Of a DNA stretch of 64,000 nucleotides, positions 60,726 to 64,000 are shown piece by piece. The notes under the pieces are model-generated. The model ran no database searches. It was not told the DNA's origin and saw only the letters and a list, made by a program, of their open reading frames with translations. This DNA comes from Negaprion brevirostris. Its lineage: Eukaryota. Location of the stretch: contig JARDVH010000149.1 of assembly GCA_030324005.1 (NCBI GenBank), positions 24,111,561 to 24,175,560 on the forward strand, read 5' to 3'. Numbering within the stretch: position 1 is the stretch's first letter; each line of letters begins with the position of its first letter. The position numbers were made by a program, and so were the translations under genes.

Positions 60726-63278
60726 TTCAAATGGTCAGCTTCTGCAGTATTTTGCTTTTACGTTACAATTAACGAGCTGAAGATTTGTTTCCAGGTGTAA
60801 TCTACAGAGCTGACAACAAATGCATGGGCAGTGTGGGCGAAGGAATGAGGACAAAGAAACACTCCAAAATTACAGTAGAAAAATGGACTAGAGGAGTTCA
60901 TGGAGTTTGTCTGGCTGCCTTAAAAAAGACAACAGTAATGATTTCTGCTGACTGGAAGGCAACCTTTTCAAATGTATGACAAATGGTTAAGGAACTGCCA
61001 GCACTCGATGCCAACAACCAGACAAAATTAATGGCTGGAATTTTCCGGCCGCTCACGTCGGTGAGATTTTCTGCTCCCGCTTACAGTGGGCTGCATCTGC
61101 CACCATGAAAATGCAGGGGATGGCGCAAATTCCACCCAATCCATCAACGGGATTATAAAAATGGAACTGCAGCATTTTAAAAGAGCAATAAATTAACACA
61201 AATACATTGTGAATAATGTTACCCTGACGTAACAGCCGTGTTATTCAGCAAGAATTGGGTAGTTTGGTCTCATCCAAAATCGGTTGAATTACATTCAAAC
61301 CTCAATTTTTGATATATTGCATTAGCCCTGGGTGATGCTGGATAAAAACGAATACTTCTTTACCACATGTCACAGAAAGGTTTCGTTTAATGACTCACTC
61401 TGTATTAATAGCAATATATACTTGGGGGTTAATTCCCTTGTGCCCCATTAGAAAGTCATATATTTGGCTTATGTATTGACTAGGAATTTCAACAAAAAGA
61501 GAAGTAATAAGCTGCCGCACACATGGATTAACGTCAAACATAATGCAGATTTTATTTAGGAGATGTTGCTCATCCAAGGTCCAAGATGGGAGTGCCCCAA
61601 AAGCCTAATAAACGCCACTGCTTATGTCACTACAGGTAACGTGACATTCTACCAGCAGAGATGCAACTATTTTACATACATAAACACTTCTTAAAAGAAA
61701 AATATAAGAGATTATACTGTGAAGCAATTGCCCTATTTGGAGCTGCTCTCGCTGCAAACAAGGATCTTGAAAAATAACCTCTTCGATGGAAGATATTTTC
61801 AAGAAAGAAAATATCTCAGTCCATTTTGCGTGTTAAACTCAATGGTCTGCTACATCTTGCATAATTATTATTCTATTGTTATTGCTCAAATCTAAATCCA
61901 AAGCCAAAAGTTTGAAATAAATGCATGCACAAAAGAATAACTCATGTCACTTCTACTTAAAAATAGTCAATATTTTCACATTCACACAGAATTAACTTTA
62001 AATTAATTTTTGTTGTGAGAATGACACAAAAGATCTATAAATCACAGTCATCTTGGAAATCTATACATTTCAAAACTAGACATTCTTCCAGCCACTCCAC
62101 AGCATGAAATCATTTAGTTGCAGGAAGAGATAACAAAAAGCAAGAACGTCACAAGTAGCTATTGTAAATAGCATAGCACATGATACAGAACTGGAGAAGG
62201 GCAATTATTTTATTTATAGGTTATTCTGTGAATTCAATGCAACTTTGCCCTTTCCCAGCAAAACAAATTCACATCATCTTCAATCCAGAAATCATGTAAA
62301 GGTAGAAACCCTGTAAATTTCCAAGACCAAAAAGATGGCATGTACACCAACAAAATGTATTTCTGTCATCCTGCTCACCCTCAGAACAAAGTTAGCATTG
62401 ACCAGGTTTTTAAAGCAAAAGATTAGCTACATCCATCAAGTTCCATGTGAACATATTAGCACACCAAACTCAACCGATGCAGCAATAAATTCTCTCAGGT
62501 TTTACAAGGGGGGTAATATAAAATAAAGCAAAATTTTTTTAAAAATATTAAAAATCTAATGTTTGAGCATACTGCCAGCCAATGTTTCACTTTATGTGGG
62601 CACCAGTGACGAAAATGGTAAATCTAAGTTTGTCATGTTATCTTCCATCCTATAGATATGCCACCATTGACAGGTAAGTGTGGTAACTGCATGGCCTTAT
62701 TGCAAAGGCAGTTCCTATTATAACAGCTAATGAAGGAATTTATAATGGATTATATATTAAAATGAGGAATGTTACATTTTAAAACTGAAACAAAATTACA
62801 TTGGTTCATCATGTTGCAAATACTCCTACCCTCTAAAATTCCTTCACCAGTAAACACATTTGGTTCTGACCACCCTGGTGTGCAAATCCACAGGAGATTG
62901 ACTCATTGCTAAAAAACAGAAGGCTTTAAGTGAAGACAAATCAGCTAAACATACTTCCTGCTTTGAAAATAGACTACGGAAAAGTTATTTTTAGTTGCCG
63001 TTTTTATTGCACTTAAAACGTGTTTGTGTATGGCCAGTTTCTTTATTTAATTTCTCTCTCTATTAAGCCAAGAAGTCTTGAATTTTGTGAAGTGACTTTC
63101 ACGGATAGCTACAAAGGAAATAAGCAGAGAACAGAGTTCAAAGGTTTCACCATAATGACTGGAAGGAGACAACAGCACCTCACTTGATTCAGTTCTGGAA
63201 CATTTTTTTAAACTGTCAATAATTCCAACATGCCCCTGAAGGGAGCTGTGTCAAAGTTTGCAGATGATACCAAACAGA

Positions 63279-63820
63279 AGGCACGGTAGCATAGTGGTTA
63301 GCGCTGTTGCTTCACAGCTCCAGGGACCTGGATTTGATTCCTAGCTTGGTTCACTGTCTGTGTGGAGTTTATACATTCTCCCTGTGTCTGCAAGGGTTTC
63401 CTCCGGTTTCCTCCCACAGTCCAAAGATATGCGGGTTAGGTGGATTGGCCATGCTAAATTGCCCCTTAGGTGTCCCAGGATGCGTAGGTTAGATGGATTA
63501 GTGGGTAAATATGTNNNNNNNNNNNNNNNNNNNNNNNNNNNNNNNNNNNNNNNNNNNNNNNNNNNNNNNNNNNNNNNNNNNNNNNNNNNNNNNNNNNNNN
63601 NNNNNNNNNNNNNNTTTATTAATTCAAAATTAATTGAGAAAACAAATAATAATTGGGCCAAAAGGTTGCAGATGGAATTTCAATAGCATGCCTTTTAGTG
63701 TCAAAATGAGTGTGGTTATGGGGAGAGGGCAGGGGCCAGCCTCGGTAAGGCGCTCTGTTGGAAAGTCAGTGCTCACTCAATGGGCTGAACAGCCTTCTTC
63801 TGCACTGTAGGAATTCTATG
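63279..63820 (+). mobile_element. tRNA-derived SINE pieces interleaved with CR1 fragments around a gap
   Basis: SINE head ggcacggtagcatagtggttagcgct follows aagtttgcagatgataccaaa (KFADDTK, CR1); tail gggctgaacagccttcttctgcactgtaggaattctatg at about 63782-63820. Confidence 0.75.
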
Positions 63821-64000
63821 GCCAGAACGCTAACACCTCGCCCATAGAAATCTCCATTGACCGGGGCAGGAATTTTTGGTCTCGCCCAAGTGAGGCGTAA
63901 AATCCTGCCCTTTGATTCCAAATGTGAAGTGATAGAATTTTTAAAAACTGCAATAGCATAGGGCTAAGCTTGATGCTCTGAGGATAAAAGTTCACAAGAT

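Noticed and set aside
55381-64000. Search for further upstream ZNF618 exons
   Set aside because: I found no convincing match for the expected short linker or first-finger exon; they probably lie beyond the window or in a gap.

Overview
Repeat-rich eukaryotic DNA from a gapped draft assembly. The HE1/V-SINE-like SINEs, CR1/HER1-like LINEs and Penelope-like elements point to a shark or other elasmobranch (inference). Two intron-containing C2H2 zinc-finger genes converge tail to tail. (1) Minus strand, about 55.4 kb to 33.8 kb: the 3' part of ZNF618. I could splice 7 well-supported coding exons by hand, all joined in phase 1, covering three C2H2 fingers, linkers and a 1.5 kb terminal exon encoding a catalytically dead, domesticated hAT transposase. 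Two further cassette exons are candidates. The 5' exons lie beyond the window. (2) Plus strand, 0.5 to 10.9 kb: the last four coding exons (five C2H2 fingers) of a gene I cannot name, mostly missed by the ORF track. Its 78-nt and 90-nt phase 1-1 single-finger exons match ZNF618 exons in length and register, and one finger shares the ZNF618-type CxxCGxx(F/Y)xYYSxxxxHxxLH pattern. This suggests a divergent paralog or a shared finger-exon donor and is the most interesting observation here. Other points: a 132-bp palindromic Penelope-derived insertion with a 13-bp target-site duplication, nested retroelements, and a repeat-free TAAT-rich candidate enhancer near 14.5-15.2 kb. There are no rRNA, true tRNA or CRISPR features. 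Family names for repeats and homology to human ZNF618 come from recalled motifs, not database searches, and repeat boundaries are approximate.
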